Shown: piece after piece, positions 11,209-21,822 of the stretch
How the letters are laid out: every line of letters starts with the position of its first letter
How positions within the stretch are numbered: the stretch's first letter is position 1
DNA from: Alphaproteobacteria bacterium
GTDB taxonomy: Bacteria > Pseudomonadota > Alphaproteobacteria > MPNO01 > UBA830
Assembly (NCBI GenBank): GCA_964291215.2
Contig: OZ219791.1
Location: 576,001 to 640,000, forward strand
Reading direction: 5' to 3'
DNA: 64,000 nucleotides
Program-made: the position numbers and the translations under genes
Notes under the pieces: model-generated
Database searches by the model: none
The model's input: only the letters and a program-made list of their open reading frames with translations
Told to the model about the DNA's origin: nothing

Positions 11209-12158
11209 TGTCAGTTCCCGATCCCCAAGATCCCGGCACTGCGCACCCTACAGGCGCCCTCCCGAGCGGTAAACCGGAGACCTTCGCGCCCGGCCTCTGG
11301 ATCGTCGCCACGCCGATAGGAAATCTCGGCGATCTCAGCGCCCGGGCGGCAGGCGTCCTTGAGGCCGCCGATCTCGTCGCGTGCGAGGACACGCGCCGCA
11401 CCGGCCGTATGCTGAAGGCGTTCGGCCTGGAGGCGAAGCTGACGTCCTATCACGACCACAGCCCCGTCGGTGTCCGCGCCGGCCTCGTCCGGCGTCTCAG
11501 GGAGGGCGCGCTGGTGGCTCTGGTATCGGACGCGGGAACGCCGCTGGTGTCGGATCCCGGATACAAGCTGGTCCGCGAGGCCGTCGAGGCCGGGATCATG
11601 GTGACCTGCGCGCCGGGGCCGTCGTCGCCGCTGGCGGCGCTCGTCGTCTCCGGCCTTCCCAGCGATCGCTTCCTGGTCGCCGGTTATCCGCCGGCGCGGC
11701 CGGGAGCGCGCCGGGATTTCCTGACGGAATTCGCCGATCTCCGCGCCACCCTGATATTTCTCGAATCTCCGCGCCGCCTGGCGTCCGCACTCGGGGACAT
11801 GCGCGAGGTGTTCGGCGAGCGCCGCGCCGCAATCGTACGGGAGCTGACAAAGCTGCATGAGGAGATCCGCCGCGGTGACCTCTCGGCGCTCGCGGAACAG
11901 TACGGCGGAGAACCGCCAAGGGGAGAAATCGTCATTGTCGTGGAGGGGCGGGCGCCGAGGACGGTTGCCGACGCCGAAGTCGACGCCCTGCTCGACAAAG
12001 CGCTCTCGACCCAGTCAGTGCGCGACGCCGCTGCGGACATTGCCGCGGCAACCGGGCGTCCGCGGACGGACATCTACGCCCGCGCTTTGCGCCTGAAGCG
12101 GGGCGCCGAGGCAGTGACCGGCCGGCCCGAATCACCCGGCGCCGGCGGAATGCTATAA
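11208..12158 (+). CDS. rsmI: 16S rRNA C1402 2'-O-methyltransferase
   Basis: VATPIGNLGDLS, ACEDTR, LVSDAGTPLVSDPG and RELTKLHEE motifs. Start uncertain. Confidence 0.95.
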   Translation: MSVPDPQDPGTAHPTGALPSGKPETFAPGLWIVATPIGNLGDLSARAAGVLEAADLVACEDTRRTGRMLKAFGLEAKLTSYHDHSPVGVRAGLVRRLREGALVALVSDAGTPLVSDPGYKLVREAVEAGIMVTCAPGPSSPLAALVVSGLPSDRFLVAGYPPARPGARRDFLTEFADLRATLIFLESPRRLASALGDMREVFGERRAAIVRELTKLHEEIRRGDLSALAEQYGGEPPRGEIVIVVEGRAPRTVADAEVDALLDKALSTQSVRDAAADIAAATGRPRTDIYARALRLKRGAEAVTGRPESPGAGGML

Positions 12159-12276
12159 GTCGGCCCATTCCGCTGTCCGGTCGGCGAACCGGACAGGTCA
12201 ATGCTCCGGGACGGGCCCGGCCATTCGACCGAAATCTCGAATCCGGTGCCTGCCCGTCGAGACGGGGTACGCGAAA

Positions 12277-12888
12277 ATGAAACATGCCAGTTTCCGGATG
12301 GCCGCAATTGCGGTTGCAGCGGCGAGCCTTCTGGGACCGCTGCTCCAGGGCTGCGCGGTCGCGACGATCAGCACCGCCACGACTGCCGGCGCCACAGCCA
12401 CCGAGGAGCGCGGGCTCGGAGGCGCGATATCCGATACCGAGATCAGGGCCAGAATCAATTCGCTCTGGTTCGACAAGGATGAGCGCATGTGGCGCAAGCT
12501 CGAACTGCAGGTTCACAAGGGCCGGGCGCTTCTGACGGGCGTTCTCGACAGCCAGGAGATGAGCGACGAAGCAGCACGGCTGGCCTGGCGAGCGAAAGAG
12601 GTGCGCGAAGTCATCAACGAGATACAGATAGGCGAAAGCGGCGGCGTGACCGGCTATGCAAAGGACACCAAGATTTCGGCTGAACTCAAATCAAGGCTTT
12701 TGCTGGACACCAAGGTGGCGTCCCTGAACTATTCGGTCACGACGACGAAGGGGGTCGTCTACATCATCGGCAGCGCCCGGACCCAGAAGGAACTCGACAC
12801 CGTCAACTGGTACGCGCGCAACATAGGCGGTGTCCAAAAGGTTGTCTCCTACGTTCAGGTCGCTGGCGACGGGGCCGGGAATCGGTGA
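12277..12888 (+). CDS. Double BON-domain lipoprotein (DolP/YraP-like)
   Basis: Lipobox LQGC and two BON-like repeats (DTEIRARI...; DTKISAELK...VVSYV). Confidence 0.85.
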   Translation: MKHASFRMAAIAVAAASLLGPLLQGCAVATISTATTAGATATEERGLGGAISDTEIRARINSLWFDKDERMWRKLELQVHKGRALLTGVLDSQEMSDEAARLAWRAKEVREVINEIQIGESGGVTGYAKDTKISAELKSRLLLDTKVASLNYSVTTTKGVVYIIGSARTQKELDTVNWYARNIGGVQKVVSYVQVAGDGAGNR

Positions 12889-13691
12889 AGGCGCGCACCG
12901 ACGCGAAAACCCTGCTGCGAGCAGCCGCGCGGCACAGCCCGACCGCGAAATCGATCTCGCAGGCACTGCCCTCGCGCTGGCCGTGCTCGAGGTGCCGTCC
13001 GTGGCGATCGAAGACTGCAGCGAACATGTCGAGCGCCTTGCAGAGGAAAGCGCAGCGCTGGCCGAGCCTGGGCAGGATCCGCTCGCCGCCCCGCAGTCGG
13101 TGCTGCACGACACCTACGGATACCGCGGCGACACCGCGACTTACGACGATCTGGAAAACGCCAATCTGGCGCTGGTCATCGAGCGGCGGAAGGGCCTGCC
13201 CGTGGCGCTGGGGATTCTCTACCTCCATGCGCTGCGCGCCTGCGGGTGCGCGGCCGAAGGGCTGAATTTCCCGGAACATTTCCTCATACGCCTCGACCAT
13301 GAGGGAGACCGCCGGATCGTTGATCCCTTCGACGGCGGCAGCGTCCGTTCGGCACCGGAACTCCGCGCCCTTCTCAAGGCCTCCGCCGGCGCCGAGCTCA
13401 AGCCGCATCACCTCTCGGCCGTCGGCAATCGTTATATTCTCATACGCCTCCACAACAACATCAGGATCCGGCATCTGCAGGCGGGAAGGATTGCCGAGGC
13501 GCTTGAGTGCACCAGCCGCATGCTGCTGTTCGCGCCGAAAGCGGCATTCCTGTGGCGCGATGTCGGCGTCCTTCATATGCAGCTCGGCAATCTTGCTGCC
13601 GCCATCTCGGCCTTCGAGGATTTCGCGATCCGGACCGGCGGTCGAGGAGGCCGCCGCAATCCTGAAGAAGCTCAAGGCGAAGCTGAACTGA
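12885..13691 (+). pseudogene. SirB1/transglutaminase-like + TPR protein carrying two apparent frameshifts
   Basis: A GTG at 12885 overlaps the BON stop (VKARTDAKTLLRAA). The core (YRGDTATYDDLENANL, RRKGLPVALGILY, FPEHFL) is in another frame from about 12927. The family-type C-terminus EEAAAILKKLKAKLN* is in a different frame again after about 13635. Confidence 0.7.
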
Positions 13692-13898
13692 CAGCCGCTG
13701 ACGGGTTGCAGGCGCCTGCTTGAAAGCGGTTGCGGCAGATGGATAATGGTCGGCGCCGGAGCCGCTCCCGGTGCGTCTGCAGTCGCCGCAGCAAGGATCG
13801 ACGCGGTCTCCCGCCGCGATGCCCGGAACCTTCCCGTGCGCGACCGGGCAGGCAACCCCGGAATACACGCCCCAAGAGACCGGAGCCGATCATTCGCC

Positions 13899-14849
13899 AT
13901 GAGCCTGGACGTCGCCATACAGATGGACCACATCTCGTCGATCGATATCGACGCCGATTCCACCTTCATGCTGGCACTCGAAGCCCAGGCCCGCGGCCAC
14001 GCGCTGTTCCACTACGAGCCCTCCGATCTGGCCTTCCGCGACGGAACCCTTCACGCCCGGATCCAGCCTCTCGAGGTGCGGCGGCAGACCGGCGATCACT
14101 TCTCCCTCGGCCCGGCCCGGGACATCGATCTCGCCGATGTCGACATCGTGCTGATGCGCCAGGACCCGCCTTTCGATCTGGCCTATGTCACTGCGACCCA
14201 TCTCCTGGAACACATCCACCCCGCCACCCTGGTCGTGAACGACCCGGCAGAAGTCCGCAACGCCCCCGAGAAACTGTTCGTCACCAGGTTTCCGGGCGTC
14301 CTGCCGGAAACGCTGATTACCGCTGATCGCACGCGGATCGCCGCGTTTCGCCGTGAATTCGGGGACATCATCCTCAAGCCGCTGTTCGGCAACGGCGGCG
14401 CAGACGTGTTCCACATCAGGCCCGACGACGACAACTTCAATGCGCTCCTGGACATGTTTACCGACAAGTACCGGGAGCCCGTGATCGCCCAGCGCTACCT
14501 TCCGGAAATTCGCTCGGGCGACAAGCGCATCATCCTCGTCGACGGCGAGCCCGCCGGAGCCGTCGCGCGCATACCCGCCGACGGCGATGCCCGTGCCAAT
14601 TTCCATGCCGGCGGGCAAGCAAGAAAGACGAAACTGACCGAACGCGAGCGCGAGATCTGCACCACCATCGGCCCGGAACTGCGCGAACGGGGGCTGATCT
14701 TCGTCGGCATCGACGTGATCGGCGACTATCTGACCGAAATCAACGTCACGTCTCCGACGGGGATCCAGGAGATCAACCGCTTCGACGGTATCGCGATAGA
14801 GGGCCGTATCTGGGACACGATAGAGGAACGGTTCGCGAACCGGGCCTGA
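13899..14849 (+). CDS. gshB: Glutathione synthetase
   Basis: Starts [10 protein letters not shown]; [15 protein letters not shown] and [10 protein letters not shown] motifs. Confidence 0.97.
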   Translation: MSLDVAIQMDHISSIDIDADSTFMLALEAQARGHALFHYEPSDLAFRDGTLHARIQPLEVRRQTGDHFSLGPARDIDLADVDIVLMRQDPPFDLAYVTATHLLEHIHPATLVVNDPAEVRNAPEKLFVTRFPGVLPETLITADRTRIAAFRREFGDIILKPLFGNGGADVFHIRPDDDNFNALLDMFTDKYREPVIAQRYLPEIRSGDKRIILVDGEPAGAVARIPADGDARANFHAGGQARKTKLTEREREICTTIGPELRERGLIFVGIDVIGDYLTEINVTSPTGIQEINRFDGIAIEGRIWDTIEERFANRA

Positions 14850-14911
14850 ACGGCCGCAGCAAGCCCGCGCGACCCGCGGCTCTCACGGCGCGGGCGGCGG
14901 ATCCGGCCGGG

Positions 14912-15805
14912 TCAATGCGCACCCGGCAAACCGCCACGGCGCGCCTCCTCGCGGACGGCGTACCAGTTGGCGCCGAAGATCGCCACACCGCCGAGAAGCG
15001 TCCACAGACTCAGGGTTTCGGAATAGATCAGGAAGCCGAACAGCGCCATCAGCGGCAGGCGCAGGAAATCCAGGGGAAAGATGATCGTGATGTCTGCCAG
15101 CTTGAGGGCGCGCGCCATCGTGTAGTGCGCCGCAAACCCCGACAGGCCCCAAATCGCTATCCACGGAATGTCGGAAAGCGCGGGCGTCACCCAGCCGAAG
15201 ATGAACACGGCCGGGATCAGGCCAAGCGGCAGCTGGAGCATGTTCATGTAGAAGATGATCGCAGCCGGCGAGTCGGTCCGGGTCAGGTATTTCACCAGAA
15301 CCCCCGAGCCGGCGTAGAAGGCGGAGCCCGCGAGCATGACGCCGCCGGCGATGTTGAAGGCCGATCCCTCGGGCTGCAGGATGATCAGGACCCCGGCAAA
15401 TCCGAGGATCGTAGCTATCCATTTGTGCCGCCACATGCGCTCGCCGAGAAACGCCGCGGCGAGCAGTGCCGTGAACACCGGAACCGAGAATTCGATCGCG
15501 GTAAGGTCTGAAAGCGTCAGGTAGGCGATACCGTACATCCAGCAGAGCTGGCCCGAGAACTGCACGAGAGCGCGAATTCCGTGGAACCGGAAACGCCCCG
15601 TGCGCAGGTCCGCGAAACGGTTGCAGACGATGAAGGGAGAGACGATCAGGACCCCGATCAGGCTGCGGAAGAAGAGAATCTCGAAGGTCGACATCGTCGT
15701 CTGCAGCTCGCGGGCGGAGATCGCCATCCCCGCGAAACCGGCCATGGTGCCGCAGAACCACAGCACTGCCGCCAGCAGCGCCGGCGCAGCGACCCGCGAT
15801 GTCAC
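14912..15805 (-). CDS. DMT/EamA family transporter (4th of 4 tandem)
   Basis: About 10 hydrophobic segments, FEILFFRS, LGER and FPLDFLRLP; GTGA overlap with the upstream DMT. Confidence 0.88.
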   Translation of the reverse strand: MTSRVAAPALLAAVLWFCGTMAGFAGMAISARELQTTMSTFEILFFRSLIGVLIVSPFIVCNRFADLRTGRFRFHGIRALVQFSGQLCWMYGIAYLTLSDLTAIEFSVPVFTALLAAAFLGERMWRHKWIATILGFAGVLIILQPEGSAFNIAGGVMLAGSAFYAGSGVLVKYLTRTDSPAAIIFYMNMLQLPLGLIPAVFIFGWVTPALSDIPWIAIWGLSGFAAHYTMARALKLADITIIFPLDFLRLPLMALFGFLIYSETLSLWTLLGGVAIFGANWYAVREEARRGGLPGAH

Positions 15806-16716
15806 GGTCTCGAACCAGCGGGGCGCGCCTCGCGCCACACGGAGTAGTAGTTCCCGCCAAAGATCAGAAGTGCGCCGAGGATGATCCACGCACCGACGGT
15901 TTCCGAGTAGGCCAGCCACCCCATGAATGCCGCCAGCGGCAGGCGAACGAAGTCTATGGGAATGCATACCGTGGCATCGGCGAGGCGGAACGCCCGTGCC
16001 ATGCAGAAATGGGCGGACATGGCCGTGAATCCGATGACCAGGAGCCAGGGAAGGTCGATCCAGCCCGGCCACACCCAGTCGAACACGAATATCGCCGGAA
16101 CCAGCGCCAGCGGCAGCTGGATGAACTGCATCCAGAACACGATCACCCAGGGCGGATCGGTGGCGGTCAGGGACTTTACCATCACGTTCGAGACGCTGTA
16201 GAGCAGCGAGCCCAGCAACACGATGAGCGCCGCGTCGGTCACGATCTCGAGCCCCGGCCGCAGAATAACCAGCGTGCCCGCGAGGCCGGCGCCGACCGCC
16301 AGCACCCGGTGGCGCCGGACCGGTTCGCCGAGGGCCAGGATGGCGATGATCGCCGTCCACATAGGCATCGTGAATTCGAGCGCGATAACATGGGCAAGCG
16401 GCAGGAGGGTGACGCCGATGACCCAGCACCACTGGCCGCCAAAATGGAAGCCGTTGCGGATGACATGAAACCCGATTCGGCGCGTCAGCACGTTCGCGAA
16501 TCCAAGGCGCCAGGCAATCAGGCACATGACGGGAATGCCGACGATCGACCGGAAGGAGAGAAGCTCGAAACTCGACATGGTCGCCGACAACTCGCGCACT
16601 GCCGCCATCATGAGCAGGAAAGACGCGGCGACGCCAAGCATCCACAATGCCGCCGGTGCGGCCCTGTTGGCGGACGGCGGGCCGGTGTCTGGACCCGCCG
16701 GATCAGCCCGCGTCAC
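15802..16716 (-). CDS. DMT/EamA family transporter (3rd of 4)
   Basis: FELLSFRS, LGEPV and IPIDFVRLP motifs; EamA pattern. Confidence 0.88.
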   Translation of the reverse strand: MTRADPAGPDTGPPSANRAAPAALWMLGVAASFLLMMAAVRELSATMSSFELLSFRSIVGIPVMCLIAWRLGFANVLTRRIGFHVIRNGFHFGGQWCWVIGVTLLPLAHVIALEFTMPMWTAIIAILALGEPVRRHRVLAVGAGLAGTLVILRPGLEIVTDAALIVLLGSLLYSVSNVMVKSLTATDPPWVIVFWMQFIQLPLALVPAIFVFDWVWPGWIDLPWLLVIGFTAMSAHFCMARAFRLADATVCIPIDFVRLPLAAFMGWLAYSETVGAWIILGALLIFGGNYYSVWREARPAGSRP

Positions 16717-17623
16717 CGCGGCCTCCCGGCGGCTCCGCTCGCGCGAGGCGGCTCTCGCGCGCCGTGATATAGGATGTGCTGACCACGATGACCGCGGCGC
16801 CGATCCACACCCAGATCTCGGGAATCTCGCCGAATAGCGCAAAGGCAAGCGCGGCGGTGAAGGGAAGGCGGAGAAAATCCAGGGCCGCCATCACGCTTGC
16901 GTCCGCCGACCTCAGTGCGGTGGTGTAGAAAAACGGCGCCAGCGTGCCCATGACGCCGATGATCAAGATGGGCAGCAAATCGGGCCATGCCGGCACAACC
17001 CAGAAGACGATGGCCGGCGGCACGCAGAAGATGCCGATCAGGATGTTGGTATAGAAGGTCAGCGCCAGCGGTTTTTCGGTTGCTACCATGGCCTTGAGAT
17101 AGATCACTGTCGCCGCGTAGAGGACGGCGGATACTAGGATCATGATCTCGGGCCATCCGATGTCGGCTGAGCCCGGGCGAAGAATGACCAGCATGCCGAC
17201 GAAGCCGACGACGACGGCCGCAATGCGCCGGGGCCCAACCCGCTCGCCCAGGATGAGCACGGCAAGGAGGATGACGAAAAGCGGCAGCGTGAAGTGGATC
17301 GCGACGGCCTTGCCCAGCGGCACGACGGCAATGGCGCTGAACCACAACACCATGCCGGCGAAGTTGATTGCGGCGCGCTGGGCGTGAAGGCCGAAACGGC
17401 GCGTCCGCAGCTGGTGAAACCCCTTCCACGCGTACCAGGGCATCAGCAGGAGGATGCTGATGGCCATGCGCCAGAACACGATCTGGAACGCGGACATCGT
17501 ATCCGAGAGCTCGCGCACTGCGGAGTGCAGTACCGCGAACAGGGCCATCGACACGATGCCGATGCCGATCCCCCTGAGCACTGCCGGCGCCGGGGAAGAC
17601 ATCAACGGTTTGCCGGCGGTCAT
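16703..17623 (-). CDS. DMT/EamA family transporter (2nd of 4)
   Basis: FQIVFWR, LGERVG and ALDFLRLP motifs; ATGA overlap with the upstream DMT. Confidence 0.88.
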   Translation of the reverse strand: MTAGKPLMSSPAPAVLRGIGIGIVSMALFAVLHSAVRELSDTMSAFQIVFWRMAISILLLMPWYAWKGFHQLRTRRFGLHAQRAAINFAGMVLWFSAIAVVPLGKAVAIHFTLPLFVILLAVLILGERVGPRRIAAVVVGFVGMLVILRPGSADIGWPEIMILVSAVLYAATVIYLKAMVATEKPLALTFYTNILIGIFCVPPAIVFWVVPAWPDLLPILIIGVMGTLAPFFYTTALRSADASVMAALDFLRLPFTAALAFALFGEIPEIWVWIGAAVIVVSTSYITARESRLARAEPPGGRGDAG

Positions 17624-18549
17624 GCGGCACCGTTTTCCGGACCCGCGGAAAGTCTGCGGCCCTCTTTTGCCTCGTGCGCGGTAATGTACCAGGCGCTGGC
17701 GAAGATGATCGCCGCACCGGCCCAGACGAATATGTCGGGCACTTCGCCAAAGAGGAGAAATGCAAACAGCGCGGTGAACGGCAGACGCAGGAAGTCGAAG
17801 GCACTGACGACACTGGCGTCGACGGTCCGGAGCGCCGTCGCCACCAGCACCGGCGCAATCAAGCCGCACACTCCGAGTCCGAGGATCGGTAGGATGTCGG
17901 CGGCAACGAGCGGCGCCCAGTCCAGCGCCGTCGGACCAACGCACCACAGCGCCATGAAAAGCGACGTATAGAACGTGATCGCCAGCGGCGTTTCCTCGCG
18001 CACCATGACCTTGATGAAGATGAACGCGACACCGTAGAGCGCCGCCGAGGCGACGATAGCGGCCTCGGGCCACCCGAACGAGATCACCCCCGGCCGGAGA
18101 ATGACCAGCGCGCCGACAAAGCCCGCGAGGACGGCAGCGCAGCGTCGCAGGCCGAGACGTTCGCCAAGAAAAATGACCGCGAAGAGCACGATGAACAGCG
18201 GCATGGTGAAGTGAATCGCGACGCTCTTGGCCAGAACGACATGCTTCAGGGCCCAGAACCATATGACCATGCCGATGAGGTTCACCGTCGCGCGCGCGAA
18301 ATGCAGCCCGGGGCGCCGCGTCCTGAGGCGGTGAACACCGGCCCAGACGAAATACCCGCCGATCAGGACGATGCCGAACAGGCCGCGGATGAACACGATC
18401 TGGAACGGCGACATCGTATCCGAGAGGAGCCGGACCGACGGCGGTACGACACCGAACAGGAGCATTCCCGCCATGATCAGCAGGGCGCTCTGCACGACGC
18501 GACCCGGAGCAGGATCGCCAGCGACCGGCGGCATTGCCCGGATGTTCAC
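17620..18549 (-). CDS. DMT/EamA family transporter (1st of 4)
   Basis: FQIVFIRG, LGERLG and AFDFLRLP motifs; GGGAGG RBS before the GTG at 18549. Confidence 0.88.
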   Translation of the reverse strand: MNIRAMPPVAGDPAPGRVVQSALLIMAGMLLFGVVPPSVRLLSDTMSPFQIVFIRGLFGIVLIGGYFVWAGVHRLRTRRPGLHFARATVNLIGMVIWFWALKHVVLAKSVAIHFTMPLFIVLFAVIFLGERLGLRRCAAVLAGFVGALVILRPGVISFGWPEAAIVASAALYGVAFIFIKVMVREETPLAITFYTSLFMALWCVGPTALDWAPLVAADILPILGLGVCGLIAPVLVATALRTVDASVVSAFDFLRLPFTALFAFLLFGEVPDIFVWAGAAIIFASAWYITAHEAKEGRRLSAGPENGAA

Positions 18550-18595
18550 AGCGCGCCTCCCGCCGGGGTCCGGGACACGGTTGCTGCATGCAATG

Positions 18596-20167
18596 TCACC
18601 GCCGGCTTTCCCAGAGCCGGGAAAGCGCGGTTCGATCGACCTTGCCGCGATCGTTCTTGGGGATCTCGTCGAGGACAACGATGTGTCCGGGCACCTTGAA
18701 CTCGGGGAGGCGCGCCGCGCATCGCGCCCGTATCTCCCCGGGCACGAGCCGGGTTCCCGGCGCCGCCGCGACGAAGCTCGCGATTTCCTCGCCGTAGACG
18801 GCGTCGGGCACCCCGATGGTGGCCGCCTCGCGCAGTTCGGAAAACGAGACCAGCACGTTGTCGATCTCCGAAGGCGAGATATTGACGCCGCCGCGGATGA
18901 TCACGTCGCGGGTGCGCCCGGAGATGATCAGGAATCCGTCCTCGTCGAGATATCCGAGATCACCGGTCTTGAGCCGCGTGCCGCGGATCTTCTCGGTGGC
19001 AGCGCCCTCATGCAGGAAACCCCACCCGATCTGGGCGCCGCCGATCTCGATCTCGCCGATATCGCCCGCCGGCAAGGGCGCGCCGTCCGCATTCACGATG
19101 CGCAGATTCTGGTACAGGCCGGGCCTGCCGACGCTTCCGATACGCCGCGCGCCGACGTGATTGCCGGCAACCACCCCGCCCTCGCTCATGCCGTAAATCT
19201 GGACGAGTTCGACACCATAGGTTTCCTCGAAACGCCGGTGCTGTTCGACCATCAGCGGCGCCGTCGAGGATGACATGAAACGCAAACTGCCCATGGCTTC
19301 GCAGTCGACCGGCCGCGTGTCGCGGCCGAGAAGCATGTTGATGACCGTTGGAATACCGATGGCCATGGTCGGCCGCCAGCGCCGGATCCAGTCGAAGAAG
19401 CGCGACTGCGAGAATCGCCGCGCGAATATCAGGGTCGCGCCGACCACCAGCGCCGGCTGCAGGCACAGCATGTGGGACGAAGCCCAGCCGAAGGACCGGT
19501 ATTCCAGCATGCGGTCGGCATCGGTGAGCTTCCACATATCGATGGTCTGGTCGGCGATCCAGAAATAGTTTCCGAACGTATGCAGCACGCCCTTGGGCGC
19601 CGCCGCCGTCCCCGACGTGAAGCTCATGACGCAGAGGTCGTCCGGGCCGGCGCCGGCAACCGGCGGGTCGTCGCCATCGCTGTAGCCGTCGAGCAGTTCG
19701 AACAGCCCGCCTTCGCCGGCATTCCCGGCCGGCAACCAACGGCCGAAACGAAGCCAGTCCGCGTCCGGTTCCAGTCCGGAGGTGTCGAGATCCCGGTGCC
19801 ACAGAACGAGCTCCGGGTCCATCCGCTGCAGCATTTCACGGATATGCCGCGCGTTGACCTCAACATCGATGGTGCAGAACGCTGCCCCGTATCGCTGGAT
19901 GGCGAAATACAGCGCCAGCATTTCCAGCCGGTTGCCGGTGAGCACGGCAACCCGCCCGCCGGCGCCGACGCCGCGGTCGTGAAGCAGGCGGGCGAACCGG
20001 TTCGAGAAACGCCACAATGCGCCGAAGCTCATCGAGCGGCCGTCCTCGTCGATCGAGATCAGGAACGGCTTGTCCGGACGAAGCGCGGCCTGCTCGCGGA
20101 GGATGTCGCCCACCGCGCGGTAGCGCGACCAGTCCGGTTCGCTCGCGATATCCGAAGCCAATGCCAC
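18596..20167 (-). CDS. Class I adenylate-forming acyl-CoA ligase
   Basis: FTSGTAAAPKG P-loop, YGMSE, KTGDLG, GRTRDVIIRGG and PKNDRGK motifs. Confidence 0.92.
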   Translation of the reverse strand: MALASDIASEPDWSRYRAVGDILREQAALRPDKPFLISIDEDGRSMSFGALWRFSNRFARLLHDRGVGAGGRVAVLTGNRLEMLALYFAIQRYGAAFCTIDVEVNARHIREMLQRMDPELVLWHRDLDTSGLEPDADWLRFGRWLPAGNAGEGGLFELLDGYSDGDDPPVAGAGPDDLCVMSFTSGTAAAPKGVLHTFGNYFWIADQTIDMWKLTDADRMLEYRSFGWASSHMLCLQPALVVGATLIFARRFSQSRFFDWIRRWRPTMAIGIPTVINMLLGRDTRPVDCEAMGSLRFMSSSTAPLMVEQHRRFEETYGVELVQIYGMSEGGVVAGNHVGARRIGSVGRPGLYQNLRIVNADGAPLPAGDIGEIEIGGAQIGWGFLHEGAATEKIRGTRLKTGDLGYLDEDGFLIISGRTRDVIIRGGVNISPSEIDNVLVSFSELREAATIGVPDAVYGEEIASFVAAAPGTRLVPGEIRARCAARLPEFKVPGHIVVLDEIPKNDRGKVDRTALSRLWESRR

Positions 20168-20178
20168 CGGCGCGCTTC

Positions 20179-21707
20179 CTATGCCAGCCCGCTGTTGCCC
20201 ATGAAGCGCAGATATTCGGACTGGCCCGCCTTCATCTCCCGGATCTCCGGTTCGCTGAACCAGCGCGTGAAGTCGAACTTCTCGACCGGATAGCGCGCCC
20301 GCCGGAAATGCTCCCGCGCCGCAAGCGGCACCGTGGCGTCAATTCCGAGTCCGCCCTCGAACATCGAGACCTGTTCGTTCACGCCCATGCGTTCGGCCGG
20401 CATGTAGGCATGCCCCTTCGACTGCGCAGCGCCGGTGAACAGGTCGGTATGCGGATTGACGCGGGTGGCGATGGCCCACATGATGTCTTCCGGCTGGTTG
20501 ATGTCTATGTCATCATCAACGACGACGACAAGGCGCATGCCGCAGGCGATCCCCATGACCGCTTCGAGGATGTTGCGCTGGAGCCCTTCATCCGAACGGC
20601 GGCGCTTCCTGACCTGGATCACGATGCCGCCCCACATCATCAACGCCGTGCTGGCGGTGACATCGACGACCAGACCCGGGGCGATGCGTTCCGCAAGTTC
20701 GTAGTAGTTGGCCGCCGCGAACGGAATCCATTGCCAGACCGAGCCGAGATGGGGGACATAGTATATCGGCTTGTCCGCCCGATGGGTGATGGCGCTGACC
20801 TCGAAACGCCGCGCCCGGTAGGCGCGGCCCATGTAGCGCGCCGATTCCGGATGGAACATCGCGACGCCCTGTTCACCGAGCGCCTCCGCCTCCTCGGTCT
20901 CCCAGACCCGCTGATTGGGAACGATATGCCCCTCGATGACGTACTCGGCATCGCCCACGCATCGACAGTTCTCGCGCGCACGATGCGGACCGGCGACCCC
21001 TGCAGAGTTCCGGCGGCGCCGATTTCGTCCTGAGGGATCGGGTAGATCGCCGAGTTGAGGAAACCGAGGCCCATGAACTCGACCATCGGCGGCGGCGAGA
21101 CATTGACGGTTACCGGTATGCGGTACTCGTGATGGCCGGCGGCGATCTGATCGCCATGTCCGCCCGGAACCATGTTGATCGACGCAACCGTCCGCTCCCT
21201 GAAGCTCATGCGGTAGAAGGAGAGCTGGCTCTTGCCGCCAGCCCACTCGCCGAAGATGCAGTGCACCCCGGATCCGAAGAAGCGCCCGCCATCCTCTTCG
21301 GTGTGGCGCACCATTGGCAGGAGCCGGAACGGATCGACCTCGGCGGCCGGCAGAACCACTTCCTGGACCGGAGCGTCTTCGGTCTCGACCGGCGGAAGCG
21401 GGTTGGCCACGGCGTGGCGGATCCGGTTCTTGATCTCGCCGAGCTCGTCAACGCCGAGGAGCCGGCATATGCGCTCGCGCCGCCCCCACAGGCTCGCAAT
21501 CAGGCGCGCATTGGGATAGCCGGCCACGTTTTCCACCAGAAAGGCGGGGCCGTCATCGAAGGCCTTGTTGATCGCCGTCGCCTCGAGGTCGGGATCCACC
21601 GGCGCCGCGATGCGCCTGACGTCGTCGCCGAGCCATTCGAGGGTGCCGCGGAGCGTAGGAAGCGCCTGCTCCCTGGCGTCCGGCGTGTGGTCGGGTGCCG
21701 CCATCAC
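20179..21707 (-). pseudogene. UbiD-family decarboxylase, phthaloyl-CoA decarboxylase-like clade, frameshifted near 20952
   Basis: The N-half (LRGTLEW, VDPDLE, DAPVQE, DEIGAAGTLQGSPVRIV...TVDAW) and the C-half (DAEYVIEG, FHPE..YMGRAY, DIMWAIATRVNP, GGLGIDATVP) are in different frames. Confidence 0.85.
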
Positions 21708-21822
21708 AGTGTCCTTCCGGTCGTTTCGACAGTATTAGCCCGCTGCCGAGACATATCAAAATGCGCGTCGGGAACATGCTATTGTTCCGCAACCTTCCAT
21801 GAACCCTGCAGGGAGAATTGCC

